Shown here: positions 7,054-16,806 of the stretch, piece by piece | Numbering within the stretch: position 1 is the first letter of the stretch | Layout of the letters: each line of letters opens with the position of its first letter | Virus record (IMG/VR): IMGVR_UViG_3300031589_000003 | Span: 1 to 55,772 of that record | DNA: 55,772 bases | Source: a virus | Taxonomy: Duplodnaviria; Caudoviricetes | Reading direction: 5' to 3' (one strand) | The notes under the pieces: model-generated | What the model saw: the letters and a program-made list of their open reading frames with translations, nothing else | What the model was told of the DNA's origin: nothing | Database searches by the model: none | Translations under genes and position numbers: made by a program

Positions 7054-7277
7054 TGGACATGGATAAATATTTTAGGCAGTTAGTAGGCTGCAAGATTGTA
7101 AGCTTTTACTTTCAAGAGGATGACTATGGTGCAAGAGATTGGCCTGTGTTCATCATACAAAAGCCTAACAGTGAGGGTGGTGGTGAGCTTATGGTTTCAC
7201 TATCACAGGATGAAGAGGGCAACGGCGGTGGCTTTGCTTTCATAGAGGAGAACATTATCACAGCATCCATAGATTAA
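7053..7277 (+). CDS. Hypothetical protein
   Basis: AAGGAG RBS; SQDEEGNGGGF motif. Confidence 0.7.
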   Translation: MDMDKYFRQLVGCKIVSFYFQEDDYGARDWPVFIIQKPNSEGGGELMVSLSQDEEGNGGGFAFIEENIITASID

Positions 7278-7333
7278 GCAACACCACCAGCCACCCTATA
7301 CTAGTAACGGTTAGAGAGAAGAGGAATAGAACT

Positions 7334-7594
7334 ATGAAACGTAATTACAGGACAGCATACAATCAGCTTAAGAAGATTGGCGTGCCCGTCTATGAGGGTG
7401 GCTACAACGGTGATGATACCTTCCGCATATCAGCAGAGGAAAACTATGATACCGTGTGGGCTGACTACTACAAAGAGTTTGATGCATCACTGGATGACTT
7501 TGGTGTGAACCATAAGATCAACGATATCCTGACTGACAATGGTTTGTACGCTGAGTGGGAGAATGGCGGAGTATTAGGAGTGGCACAACAATGA
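7334..7594 (+). CDS. Hypothetical protein
   Basis: GAGG RBS; GLYAEWEN motif. Confidence 0.75.
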   Translation: MKRNYRTAYNQLKKIGVPVYEGGYNGDDTFRISAEENYDTVWADYYKEFDASLDDFGVNHKINDILTDNGLYAEWENGGVLGVAQQ

Positions 7595-7797
7595 TTACTA
7601 TCACACGCAGAAGCCCTTTGACGGGTAGAACAAGCACTATGCGGATGGACATATCAGAGGGTGCTTTACAGGCTTGGCAGGGAGGTATGCTAATCCAGGA
7701 TGCCATGCCTAACTTAAATGCAGATGAACGTGAGTTTGTAATGACAGGCATCACACCCTATGAGTGGGATAATATGTTTGAAGAAGAGGAGGTATAG
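7591..7797 (+). CDS. Conserved phage early protein (LIQDAMPNLNADEREFVMTGITP.EW)
   Basis: AGGAG RBS before ATG 7591. Confidence 0.75.
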   Translation: MITITRRSPLTGRTSTMRMDISEGALQAWQGGMLIQDAMPNLNADEREFVMTGITPYEWDNMFEEEEV

Positions 7798-7799
7798 CC

Positions 7800-7979
7800 A
7801 TGTTACTTAGAGAGTTGACAAAAGCATTAGCTTCTGGCAAGGATGTTAGGTGGGCTAGTGATGGCTACAAAGTATGGTGGTTTGGTGATATGATCTGTGC
7901 CATCTACGAGAATAACGGTTTCAATTGTGCTCTGACTACTGAAGAGGTAGAGCGGTGCTACATCAAAGGAGAGAAGTAA
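7800..7979 (+). CDS. Hypothetical protein (59 aa; not in ORF track)
   Basis: GGAGG RBS; MLLRELTKALASGKDVRW... Confidence 0.65.
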   Translation: MLLRELTKALASGKDVRWASDGYKVWWFGDMICAIYENNGFNCALTTEEVERCYIKGEK

Positions 7980-8113
7980 TGGACAAGGTAACAAAAGCTA
8001 AGATACTAGCAATACTGAGTGAGCACGTTACCATCCCTAAGAAGGATGAAGACCGTGTGATTGATGGCCTGTATAAGGCATATGTTGAAGTAAGAGAGGA
8101 ACAAAAGGTATGA
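7979..8113 (+). CDS. Hypothetical protein (44 aa; not in ORF track)
   Basis: AGGAG RBS; TAATG and ATGA coupling at the two ends. Confidence 0.6.
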   Translation: MDKVTKAKILAILSEHVTIPKKDEDRVIDGLYKAYVEVREEQKV

Positions 8114-8298
8114 TATTATTACAGCTTACAGCTAATGAGCTTACTGTACTAAATGAGGTGCTACATAGTGACATGGATTTAAGCAGCTTTGAAGCCCCTG
8201 ACTATTCTGACACAGAGCTTATGAAGTATTACAGTGATCGAGCTACCTTACTTGAAAAGGTAACAGAGGAGATAAGCACATGTTTAAACACGCAATAG
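8110..8298 (+). CDS. Hypothetical protein
   Basis: Coupled ORF with GAGG RBS. Confidence 0.65.
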   Translation: MILLQLTANELTVLNEVLHSDMDLSSFEAPDYSDTELMKYYSDRATLLEKVTEEISTCLNTQ

Positions 8299-8744
8299 CT
8301 AGTAAACTAGCAATAGCATTAACTATTCTTGCTACACCAGTAGCTGCACAGGATAGCGTCAACGGGACAGTGAAACACTTTTACTACTCGTACACTGAGG
8401 AAGTACCTGAGACTAAGCGGGTATGTGAGATAATCCAGGTTCCTATATATAAGGAGGTAAACAAGGGTACATCTGGTGCTGACGTGTTTGGTGGGCTACT
8501 TCTTGGTGGACTACTAGGCAAGGCCTTGACAGGGGATGACAAGGGTGCAGCGGCGGGTGCAGTTATCGGTGGCATAGCATCTGCTGAACACAACAAGACA
8601 GAGCAAGTGATCACTGGCTATCGTAATGTACGAGAGTGTTCTGAGAAGACATACACTATGGAATACCAGAGAAAAGCCTATGACTACAGTGAGTTGACCT
8701 TTAGGCTGGATGGCAACACATACACTGTTATGTTTGAAAGGTGA
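8280..8744 (+). CDS. Exported glycine-zipper protein
   Basis: Signal peptide (…ATPVAA-QD); GGLLLGGLLG...AAAGAVIGG zipper. Confidence 0.75.
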   Translation: MFKHAIASKLAIALTILATPVAAQDSVNGTVKHFYYSYTEEVPETKRVCEIIQVPIYKEVNKGTSGADVFGGLLLGGLLGKALTGDDKGAAAGAVIGGIASAEHNKTEQVITGYRNVRECSEKTYTMEYQRKAYDYSELTFRLDGNTYTVMFER

Positions 8745-8986
8745 AGCTAATGCAGCCTATACAAAAAGCCGCCGTGATGCCTGACTTTGACTTCAACGAT
8801 ATGTGTAAAGATATAGCGTGTGAATGGTTATCAGAAGTGTGTCACGAATACCCGTATATTAATGATCCCAATGGTGAAGTGATATATACACAACAAGCCC
8901 AAGAACGTTATGATGAAATACTTGACATGGTTAGACAATTAGCGTTCAATTATATAATAGTAGAAAAACAAATGGAGACTATCTAA
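8741..8986 (+). CDS. Hypothetical protein
   Basis: Coupled ORF; start uncertain. Confidence 0.6.
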   Translation: MKLMQPIQKAAVMPDFDFNDMCKDIACEWLSEVCHEYPYINDPNGEVIYTQQAQERYDEILDMVRQLAFNYIIVEKQMETI

Positions 8987-9261
8987 TGCCTTATATTGAA
9001 AATGAAGAAGAAGCAGCACGTTCAGCAATGTACAAAGCGGAGCGCGAAGCTAAGCAGAAACCCCTACGTGAAGGGTTTGACTGCCTGACAATTGACCAGC
9101 AACAAGCACTCATGTATATATTCAAGACGCTTGATGATTTCAATGATGAGAACCGTGATATGGAGGGTGACTGCTATCATTCAACATGGATTAAGTTGAC
9201 AGGTTTGTATGGCAAAATGATTACTGCCTTTCCAAACGTAAGAGATGAAGAGGATAACTAA
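8986..9261 (+). CDS. Hypothetical protein
   Basis: GGAG RBS, TAATG coupling. Confidence 0.7.
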   Translation: MPYIENEEEAARSAMYKAEREAKQKPLREGFDCLTIDQQQALMYIFKTLDDFNDENRDMEGDCYHSTWIKLTGLYGKMITAFPNVRDEEDN

Positions 9262-9262
9262 C

Positions 9263-9445
9263 ATGGACAGGCTTATTATACGCAAGAAGAAACACTACTC
9301 AAACAAATCTTGGAATGTAGAACTAATACAAGGAGAGCTATCTTTTTACAGGGCGTATGAGGCCACTGAATACAAAGCAGACAAGGCAGTAGAGCGCCTA
9401 CAATATCTTTACCCTGATGCAAGTATGGAGGTATTCAGCCCATGA
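9263..9445 (+). CDS. Hypothetical protein
   Basis: GAGGA RBS before ATG 9263. Confidence 0.65.
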   Translation: MDRLIIRKKKHYSNKSWNVELIQGELSFYRAYEATEYKADKAVERLQYLYPDASMEVFSP

Positions 9446-9627
9446 CCCAGCAGCTAGTAGTGATCTGCGAGTATCAAGCAGAGCGTCAGTTTGACTACCT
9501 CCACCGCCGCATGAGCTACGCCGACACTGCGTCAGCACAAGACTATTGGTGGCGTCAGATACAAGACCACAGTGCAGCCCTAGAAGCTCATCGCTCTGAT
9601 GCAAGTATGGAGGTATTCAGCCCATGA
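9414..9627 (+). repeat. 32-bp perfect direct repeats (9414-9445, 9596-9627)
   Basis: CTGATGCAAGTATGGAGGTATTCAGCCCATGA twice. Confidence 0.95.
9442..9627 (+). CDS. Hypothetical protein bounded by the direct repeats
   Basis: GGAGG RBS and ATGA lie within the repeat. Confidence 0.65.
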   Translation: MTQQLVVICEYQAERQFDYLHRRMSYADTASAQDYWWRQIQDHSAALEAHRSDASMEVFSP

Positions 9628-9806
9628 AAGATAAGTTTAACACAGAGAACCTTGTAGGCGCTCACCAATATCACAATGAACTACAGCGACAGATTGACGA
9701 TGCAGATTGGATGGGTAAGTATGAGGATACAGAACATCTTGTACGCCAAGCTAAGCAGGTCAAGGACTGCATTGATGAAGGAGACCAGTACTATACATTA
9801 TTCTAA
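9624..9806 (+). CDS. Hypothetical protein
   Basis: GGAGG RBS, ATGA coupling. Confidence 0.7.
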   Translation: MKDKFNTENLVGAHQYHNELQRQIDDADWMGKYEDTEHLVRQAKQVKDCIDEGDQYYTLF

Positions 9807-9827
9807 CAGGATGGCGAAGGAGAGATA

Positions 9828-9920
9828 ATGTATGCTATACCTATAGTTCTTATAATAATTTATCTAGCAGGTGCAGTGTACTTTATTTATGATACATTTC
9901 AAGGAAACAAGGATGATTGA
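9828..9920 (+). CDS. 30-aa single-pass membrane peptide (not in ORF track)
   Basis: AAGGAG RBS; MYAIPIVLIIIYLAGAVYFIYDTFQGNKDD. Confidence 0.6.
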   Translation: MYAIPIVLIIIYLAGAVYFIYDTFQGNKDD

Positions 9921-9991
9921 AACAAACACAGATGATCCATGTGACGATTGGTCAGACAAGCCTATACCTAAAACAAAAGAGGAGCAAGAGA

Positions 9992-10924
9992 GTGACAAGA
10001 AAGTTCAGCCCAATAGTCCCAAGAGGCAACCACCCTTTTCGTTATCTGGTAGAGTTTTATTTTCAATCAGATAAGTTTCGTGATGTATCTGGTGAAACAC
10101 AGAAGACCAACACTAGACATCTTAACAAGGTTTGTGATACTGTCCTAAAGGATGGTAGGAAGGTAGGTAGTATACGAATAGATAAGATAGGTGTTAAACA
10201 ACTCAGCGAAGCATATGCTATTTGGAAACGTATTGGTGTTCGCACTGCTAACATTAGATCAGAGTGCCTATCCGCCGTTTACCGTGTAGCTATGCAAGCT
10301 GAGATAGTCCAGGTTAGTCCTATTGGTTTAGTCGATAAGACTGCTGGCAAGCCAAGACGGGTAAGGTGGACGCATGATAACGTCAAGTCATTCTTAGACA
10401 CTGCCTACGGTGATTTTGATTATCGTTCTATCGGCTTGATAGTACACATGGCCTACGAGTGGGCGCAACGATTAGGTGATATGCGTAGACTAACTTGGGA
10501 TGCTCTAGACTTAGATGCCCAGCGCTGTGACCTAGTACAACGTAAGAGAGGAGCAGAAGTACACCTACCTATACCACCACAACTAAACAAGATGTTAATC
10601 CTACAGAAAGAAGATTGGGGCTTTCAACAGTACGTAGCTCCAAGAGTTAAACGTAGAGCAGGAGCATACACACCCTATCAAGAAGTAGAAATACATCAAG
10701 TTATCAATGAGGTAAAGGAGAAAGCTAATCTACCACCTGAGCTTACAGGTATGGACTTGCGGCGTACAGCTATCACTCAGATGGTTGAGGCTGGCTCAGA
10801 TCAGTTTGAAATCATGCAAGTGAGTGGACATGCCAACCCTAGTTCTGTTACACCTTACTTGGTAAACACATTCACGGGTGCATCCAATGCATTAGCAAAG
10901 AGATGGGAAAAGAAAAATGAGTAA
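9992..10924 (+). CDS. int: Tyrosine recombinase/integrase
   Basis: Catalytic R (AQRLGD), K, DLRR, SGH and Y (VTPY); GTG 9992 with GAGGAG RBS preferred over 9917. Confidence 0.9.
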   Translation: MTRKFSPIVPRGNHPFRYLVEFYFQSDKFRDVSGETQKTNTRHLNKVCDTVLKDGRKVGSIRIDKIGVKQLSEAYAIWKRIGVRTANIRSECLSAVYRVAMQAEIVQVSPIGLVDKTAGKPRRVRWTHDNVKSFLDTAYGDFDYRSIGLIVHMAYEWAQRLGDMRRLTWDALDLDAQRCDLVQRKRGAEVHLPIPPQLNKMLILQKEDWGFQQYVAPRVKRRAGAYTPYQEVEIHQVINEVKEKANLPPELTGMDLRRTAITQMVEAGSDQFEIMQVSGHANPSSVTPYLVNTFTGASNALAKRWEKKNE

Positions 10925-11720
10925 AGTAAGCGACTACCTAGACACGCTTAACCTGACTGATGGTCTATCGTTTCGTGGCATGTGTCCTATGTGTCACGCT
11001 AGGAATGACTTCAGTGCAACTAACAAGGATGGTGTGATTGTATACAACTGCTACAAGCTGTCCTGTAATGTTAAGGGTGCGTATGGTAGTGGCTTAACAG
11101 CTACAGAGATACAAGCAAAGATCAACGCTTGGAGCATGTCAGTAGAGGGAAACAAAAAGAAAGAGCTAGAACGTATGGTATTACCTGAGTATGTTGTTAC
11201 ACCTAAGCCAGAGCACAAGCTATTCCATAGATTTGTAAACAGATGGAACATACAGGGTGAAGATCTTATGTATGACGTGAAGGACAGACGCTGCGTGTTC
11301 CCCTGTACTAGTAACGGTAAGCTAGTCGATGCTACTGGTAGAGCCTTGGACGGTGCTAAGCCCAAGTGGTACAGGTACTCTGGGCTAGGGCATTACTTTA
11401 CAAAGTGCATTGGCATACCGAATGGTACTATACTTGTAGTAGAGGATGTGATAAGCGCTATAACTGCTGCGAGAGTATGTCCTGGCCTAACCGCTATGGC
11501 TTTGCTTGGTACATCACTTACTGAAGATCATAAGGCAAAGATTGGAGAGTATAGCAGGGTTATCGTAGCGCTAGACCCTGACGCTGTACCCAAGACGTTG
11601 ACCTTTACACGAGAGATTGTGTCTTGGACAGGTCTACCTACTAGTGCTTTACGTCTTGACGATGACATAAAGTATGCATTAGAGTCTGACATTGAGAAGC
11701 TTAAGGAGTTTGTAGGTTGA
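10917..11720 (+). CDS. DNA primase (Zn-binding plus TOPRIM)
   Basis: CPMC...CYKLSC; VVEDVISA; ALDPDA. Confidence 0.88.
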   Translation: MSKVSDYLDTLNLTDGLSFRGMCPMCHARNDFSATNKDGVIVYNCYKLSCNVKGAYGSGLTATEIQAKINAWSMSVEGNKKKELERMVLPEYVVTPKPEHKLFHRFVNRWNIQGEDLMYDVKDRRCVFPCTSNGKLVDATGRALDGAKPKWYRYSGLGHYFTKCIGIPNGTILVVEDVISAITAARVCPGLTAMALLGTSLTEDHKAKIGEYSRVIVALDPDAVPKTLTFTREIVSWTGLPTSALRLDDDIKYALESDIEKLKEFVG

Positions 11721-11814
11721 ATAAGAACTACTATATAAACGAACTAACTAAGAAAGTAGAAGAACTAGAAGAACGTATAGCTAAACTAGAAACAGAGATT
11801 AAGGAGCGCAAGAA

Positions 11815-11994
11815 ATGAAAGTAATAGCAATACTATTGTGGATAAACTTTATACCAGGCCAAGGTATACGATATCACCACTTAGGTACGTTTGACAATAA
11901 GACACTGTGCATGGCTCAACTAAAGTTTGCCTCAGTTATGGTAAATGACAAGTCAGAGACAATAGAATGTATTAAAATAGAGGTAGAACACTAA
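11815..11994 (+). CDS. Small putative exported protein (59 aa; not in ORF track)
   Basis: AAGGAG RBS; hydrophobic N-terminus, 2 Cys; TAATG coupling to thyX. Confidence 0.6.
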   Translation: MKVIAILLWINFIPGQGIRYHHLGTFDNKTLCMAQLKFASVMVNDKSETIECIKIEVEH

Positions 11995-12653
11995 TGATTA
12001 AATCTACTTACATAGAGCACATGGGCAATGACCTAACTGTAGCTAACGCTGCACGGGTAAGCTTTGGTAAGACTTCTGAGATGGATGTGAATGACGTATG
12101 GAGTCCACCTAAACTTAAGGCTAAGGACGATAAGCTGATCCGTTACCTTGCCAAGCACAAGCACATCAGCCCCTTTGGGCATTGCTTTGCATCGTTCCAC
12201 GTCAAGGCTCCAGTGTTTGTAGCACGTCAGCTAGTCAAGCATAAATTCCTGCGTTGGAATGAAATATCTAGGCGGTACGTGGATGATGATCCAGAGTTCT
12301 ATGAGCCTAACTTCTGGCGAGGACGTAGCCTTGACAAAAAGCAAGGCAGTGAAGGCCATATCACCCTAGTGCTAGACCAAGAGATACAGTGGCATAGGCA
12401 GCTGAGTACTTACAAGACACTTCTAGCAGATGGAGTAGCCCCTGAGCAGGCACGTATGGTACTACCCCAGAGCATGATGACTGAGTGGTATTGGTCAGGT
12501 AGCCTTGACGCCTTCGCTGATATGTGTAACCTACGGTGTAAAACAGATACACAAGCAGAAACACGTGAGGTAGCTAATCAGATTGACCGAAAGATGCTTG
12601 AACTATTCCCTGTATCATGGGATGCACTAACTGAGGAGGAAAACAATGATTGA
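11994..12653 (+). CDS. thyX: FAD-dependent thymidylate synthase
   Basis: AARVSF, H.SPF, ARQLVKH...[15 protein letters not shown]. Confidence 0.95.
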   Translation: MIKSTYIEHMGNDLTVANAARVSFGKTSEMDVNDVWSPPKLKAKDDKLIRYLAKHKHISPFGHCFASFHVKAPVFVARQLVKHKFLRWNEISRRYVDDDPEFYEPNFWRGRSLDKKQGSEGHITLVLDQEIQWHRQLSTYKTLLADGVAPEQARMVLPQSMMTEWYWSGSLDAFADMCNLRCKTDTQAETREVANQIDRKMLELFPVSWDALTEEENND

Positions 12654-12876
12654 TCTATACGAACTAGAGCCGCACATCATGGACTGCTGGTCAGTCTGTA
12701 ATGACCTTGAGACAACATTCAGACAGATTGGTGACGGTGAACGTGAGCCTACTCAAGATGAAATGATGAACGCACTGATGGGTATGCAGCAACTATACCA
12801 GTGGAAGTTTGAGCAGTTGTTCTTTAAGTATGAACAGATACAGAAAGTACAACGTGAAGCAGTAATAAATGACTGA
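12646..12876 (+). CDS. Hypothetical protein
   Basis: GAGGAGG RBS. Confidence 0.75.
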   Translation: MIDLYELEPHIMDCWSVCNDLETTFRQIGDGEREPTQDEMMNALMGMQQLYQWKFEQLFFKYEQIQKVQREAVIND

Positions 12877-13087
12877 TGTAGCTAGACTAGAGGTAAAAGT
12901 TATGAGTATGTGTGGTGAGATAGAGAATCTACAACAAGAGCTAAAAATAGCTAACGAGAAGATTACAGAGTTGCAAAAGCAATTAAACTATGCAACAGAG
13001 TTTGATGAGCAAGACATAAGAGAGTTTAATGAGGAAGAACGCAAGAGATCAATAGAGAGAGCAAAAGCTAACAATGTTCACAGTTGA
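12869..13087 (+). CDS. Coiled-coil hypothetical protein
   Basis: Coupled ORF with heptads. Confidence 0.65.
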   Translation: MTDVARLEVKVMSMCGEIENLQQELKIANEKITELQKQLNYATEFDEQDIREFNEEERKRSIERAKANNVHS

Positions 13088-13310
13088 GTTTGAGAAAGAT
13101 GCATCTGTCATCACCAGTTTAGATGAGGGTGACGCATTTAGTGATGTTGAAATGATAGTAGGAGAAGATAATACAGTTTATATTAGGCAGTTTGATGAGG
13201 ACTTAGATCAGTACCAGATGTTGTACATGTCTTATCAACAACTAAGAGATCTATTTCTATCAATGAATAGATCAGAGGGTATGTTCTACGCAATAGAAAA
13301 AGGGAACTAA
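13074..13310 (+). CDS. Hypothetical protein
   Basis: Coupled ORF. Confidence 0.7.
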   Translation: MFTVEFEKDASVITSLDEGDAFSDVEMIVGEDNTVYIRQFDEDLDQYQMLYMSYQQLRDLFLSMNRSEGMFYAIEKGN

Positions 13311-13313
13311 AAG

Positions 13314-13481
13314 ATGAGCAAGAATCTAAGACAACTAAAGGATCAGTTATCTGACCTAGAAGCTAAGCGTATGTCAATTATAAAGACTACTAAAAAGCTA
13401 ACTCCTAAGCGTAAAGAGCTTGAGATAGAGATTGCTTATACGCAACACGAGATAGTTACGATCAGGAAGGTGTACGCATGA
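13314..13481 (+). CDS. Small coiled-coil protein (55 aa; not in ORF track)
   Basis: MSKNLRQLKDQLSDLEAKR...; fills the gap, ATGA coupling to the helicase. Confidence 0.6.
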   Translation: MSKNLRQLKDQLSDLEAKRMSIIKTTKKLTPKRKELEIEIAYTQHEIVTIRKVYA

Positions 13482-14701
13482 TGGAGTTCGCTCTTGTCAA
13501 GACGCTCTTAAACAAAGAGTTCTATGAAAACAACAAAGGAGTTCGTTGTCCAGATAAACTATTCACTAAGGATATACGTCTTGTAAAGAAGACCATTGAC
13601 TATGCTATGGAGACCTACGAGAAAGACCTAAGTGTAGCAGAGCTAGAAGCTTTGTTCTTTAGTAACAACACCTTAACTACTGCTAACAAAGAGTCCTACA
13701 AGGATGTCTTCCGTAGGATCAACAAAGAAGAGGCCATGTCTCAGGGTATTGCCAACGAAGTTATGGCTAATATGTTTCAAAAGGTGGTAGGTGAAGAGGT
13801 AGCTAACATTGGCTTTGAGTACATCAATGGTGGTGATCATAGTCTAGAGCCGCTGCGTAACCTGATACAGAACTACCAAGATGACTTCATGCCTAACCTC
13901 AAGGTTGATTGGGATGATATGTCTATTGACGCCTTGCTTAAGGCCAACGCTATTGAGTGCCAGTGGAAATGGAACATCCCATCACTAAGAAAGAAAGTAG
14001 AAGGCATTAGCGCTGGGCATCTCATTATTGTAGGTGCTAGACCTAACACGGGTAAGACAAGCTTCCATGCCTCTACCTTAGCCTCTCCAGGCGGGTTCGC
14101 TAGTCAGGGTGCTAAGTGCATGGTGTTATGTAATGAGGAGCCATCACATCGCGTAGGAGCGAGGTATCTTAGTGCTGCTACCACTATGTCAATGGAAGAG
14201 GTTAAGGGCAACTACGCACTCGCTGCTGCTCGCTACAAGCCTGTCACAGAGAACATCTTTGTTAAGGACAGCACAGGCAAGGACATGGCATGGGTAGAGG
14301 CTATTGTTAAGGCTTACTCCCCTGATGTCGTGGTACTGGACATGGGTGACAAGTTTGCCTCTAAGGGTGGCTCTGACTCACACGTATACCTCAAGGATGC
14401 AGCCATCCATGCACGTAATATTGCCAAGCAGCACAACTGCGCTATCATCTGGATGTCTCAGCTATCAGCAGATGCAGAAGGGAAGGTCTACGTTGATCAG
14501 AGCATGATGGAAGGCAGTAAGACAGGCAAGGCTAGTGAAGCTGACTTGATGATCCTGATCTCACGCAACAAGTTAGTTGAGGGTGCAGATGAGCAAGATG
14601 AACAAAGGCACTTGAACATTGCTAAGAATAAGCTTAAGGGTGGGTGGCATGGTGTCGTACACTGCGAACTAGACGGAGATCGTAGTCAGTACACGGCGTA
14701 A
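13478..14701 (+). CDS. DnaB-like (SF4) replicative helicase
   Basis: GARPNTGKTS Walker A; VVVLD; IWMSQL; KNK. Confidence 0.92.
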   Translation: MMEFALVKTLLNKEFYENNKGVRCPDKLFTKDIRLVKKTIDYAMETYEKDLSVAELEALFFSNNTLTTANKESYKDVFRRINKEEAMSQGIANEVMANMFQKVVGEEVANIGFEYINGGDHSLEPLRNLIQNYQDDFMPNLKVDWDDMSIDALLKANAIECQWKWNIPSLRKKVEGISAGHLIIVGARPNTGKTSFHASTLASPGGFASQGAKCMVLCNEEPSHRVGARYLSAATTMSMEEVKGNYALAAARYKPVTENIFVKDSTGKDMAWVEAIVKAYSPDVVVLDMGDKFASKGGSDSHVYLKDAAIHARNIAKQHNCAIIWMSQLSADAEGKVYVDQSMMEGSKTGKASEADLMILISRNKLVEGADEQDEQRHLNIAKNKLKGGWHGVVHCELDGDRSQYTA

Positions 14702-14713
14702 GAGGATGGATGG

Positions 14714-16762
14714 ATGAGACTAGTATTAGACGTTGAGAACACAACTACCAGACGTAACGGTAGGCTACACATGGACCCCTTTGAGCCAAGCAATACACTT
14801 ACTCAAGTAGGTACACAGAATATAGACAACGTTAATGAGACAAACATCTTTACGTTAGACCATGTAGAAAAGAAAGATAACTCTGGACTACAAGCTAAGC
14901 AGATACAGCTGATCCTAGATCAGACTACGCTACTAATTATGCACAACGCACAGCATGACCTCATGTGGTTGTGGGAGTGTGGCTTTACGTATGATGGTGA
15001 CATATATGACACTATGTTAGCTGAGTATATTTTACTGAGAGGAAAAAAAGACGTACTGAGCATGGACGGTTGCGCCCAGCGCCGTGAACTAAACTTCCAG
15101 AAAGATGATACTTTAAAGGAGTACTTTAAGAAAGGGTATAACACAAATGAAATACCTCTTGATGAGCTTAGCTTTTATTTGCGGCGTGACCTTGACGTTA
15201 CTCGCGAGTTGTTCTTTGCAATCGAAGCCGACTACGCCAAGCCTGAGTCCGACTCCCTACTACGAGTCAAAAACGTTACCTTCAGAACCTGTAAAACCCT
15301 TACAAGAATGTACATGTCGGGAGTCAGGGTGGATAAACCCGCCTTAGAATTAGTACGTAAAGAGTTTGAAGAAGAGAAGATAGCTATAGAAGAGAGGCTT
15401 ACAAAACAAGTACGTATGCTTATGGGAGATACACCAGTAAACCTCAACTCACCAGAGCAGATGTCATCTGTAGTATACAGTTGCACTCTCAATGAGAAGA
15501 AAACTTGGGTTGACTTGTTTGATTATGTAAACAATAAGGCTGAGTTCAAAGAAGTAGTAACTAAAAATACAGAGCGTACATACAAGACCAAAGCTTTTAC
15601 CTGCCCTATTTGCAAGGGTAAGGGTAAGACGTTCAAGCAGAAGAAAGATGGTACGCCTTACTCTAAGCCTAACAACTGTAAGGATTGCAGTGCTAGAGGC
15701 TACCAGCTAAAGAAGCTAGACAAGCTTGCAGGGCTGGGGTTCTTCCCACCTAACAAGGCTTGGGTTAGTGCAAATGGTTTTGGAACAGGAAAGGATAGAT
15801 TAGATGTTCTCATATCGAATGCTAAAACGAGGGGCTTGGATTATGCTGTCAGTTTCCTTGGTGATCTACGTAGGTTATCTGCTGTTAGTTCCTACCTTAG
15901 TTCCTTTGTGGAAGGTATCTCAGACTATACCAGAGGTGACTCCTATCTCCATGTCACTCTTACCCAACACATCACAGCTACAGGTAGGTTTAGTGGTAGA
16001 AACCCTAACATGCAAAACATGCCAAGAGGAGGGACATTTCCAGTAAAGCGTGTGTTTATATCTCGCTGGGATGGCGGTCTGATCTGTGAGGCAGACTTTG
16101 CTCAGCTTGAATTTAGAACAGCAGCTTTCCTAGCACAGGATGAGACAGCTATGGAAGAGATTGCGACAGGCTTTGATGTACACAGCTACACTGCCAAGGT
16201 TATCACTGATGCTGGTCAGCCTACTACCCGTCAAGAAGGAAAGGAGCACACCTTCGCTCCCCTGTTCGGGGCCAGTGGATATGGTAGAAGCAAAGCAGAA
16301 GCTGCTTACTATGAAGAGTTTATCAACAAATACAAGGGTATAGCTAAGTGGCACAAGAATCTAGGCAACGAGGCTATACGTCTAGAGAAGATTACTAACG
16401 TGTCAGGTAGGCAGTACGCTTTTCCTGGCATTACTAGGAGAGCTAACGGTACACCTACATTCTTCACTATGATTAAGAACTATCCAGTGCAGGGCTTTGC
16501 GACAGGTGACGTAGTTCCTGTAGTCCTGAATGAATTAGAAGATAGATTAAAACCGTTGCATTCTTGTCTAGTAAATACAGTGCATGACTCAACAGTAATT
16601 GACATACACCCAGACGAAGAAGTTCAAGTAATACAGATAATTAACGACTTGAATGAAGACTTAAACGATCTAGTAGAGAAGGCATACGGTGTGACTATGA
16701 ATGTTCCTCTACTATTAGAAGCAAAGATAGGCATCAACTGGCTTGACACAGTTGACGTTTAA
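14714..16762 (+). CDS. polA: Family A DNA polymerase with 3'-5' exonuclease and inserted DnaJ-like Zn finger
   Basis: LDVE, HNAQHD, TGRFSGRNPNMQN, ADFAQLEFR, KEHTFAPLFG, NYPVQ, VHDS; CPICKGKG...CKDCSARG. Confidence 0.96.
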   Translation: MRLVLDVENTTTRRNGRLHMDPFEPSNTLTQVGTQNIDNVNETNIFTLDHVEKKDNSGLQAKQIQLILDQTTLLIMHNAQHDLMWLWECGFTYDGDIYDTMLAEYILLRGKKDVLSMDGCAQRRELNFQKDDTLKEYFKKGYNTNEIPLDELSFYLRRDLDVTRELFFAIEADYAKPESDSLLRVKNVTFRTCKTLTRMYMSGVRVDKPALELVRKEFEEEKIAIEERLTKQVRMLMGDTPVNLNSPEQMSSVVYSCTLNEKKTWVDLFDYVNNKAEFKEVVTKNTERTYKTKAFTCPICKGKGKTFKQKKDGTPYSKPNNCKDCSARGYQLKKLDKLAGLGFFPPNKAWVSANGFGTGKDRLDVLISNAKTRGLDYAVSFLGDLRRLSAVSSYLSSFVEGISDYTRGDSYLHVTLTQHITATGRFSGRNPNMQNMPRGGTFPVKRVFISRWDGGLICEADFAQLEFRTAAFLAQDETAMEEIATGFDVHSYTAKVITDAGQPTTRQEGKEHTFAPLFGASGYGRSKAEAAYYEEFINKYKGIAKWHKNLGNEAIRLEKITNVSGRQYAFPGITRRANGTPTFFTMIKNYPVQGFATGDVVPVVLNELEDRLKPLHSCLVNTVHDSTVIDIHPDEEVQVIQIINDLNEDLNDLVEKAYGVTMNVPLLLEAKIGINWLDTVDV

Positions 16763-16771
16763 TGTATAACT
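16743..16771 (+). promoter_or_regulatory. Promoter TTGACA-N16-TATAACT
   Basis: Exact motif upstream of the SSB-like gene. Confidence 0.75.
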
Positions 16772-16806
16772 AACTTTCCTAGCATAGATAAAAAGGTAGA
16801 AAAACT

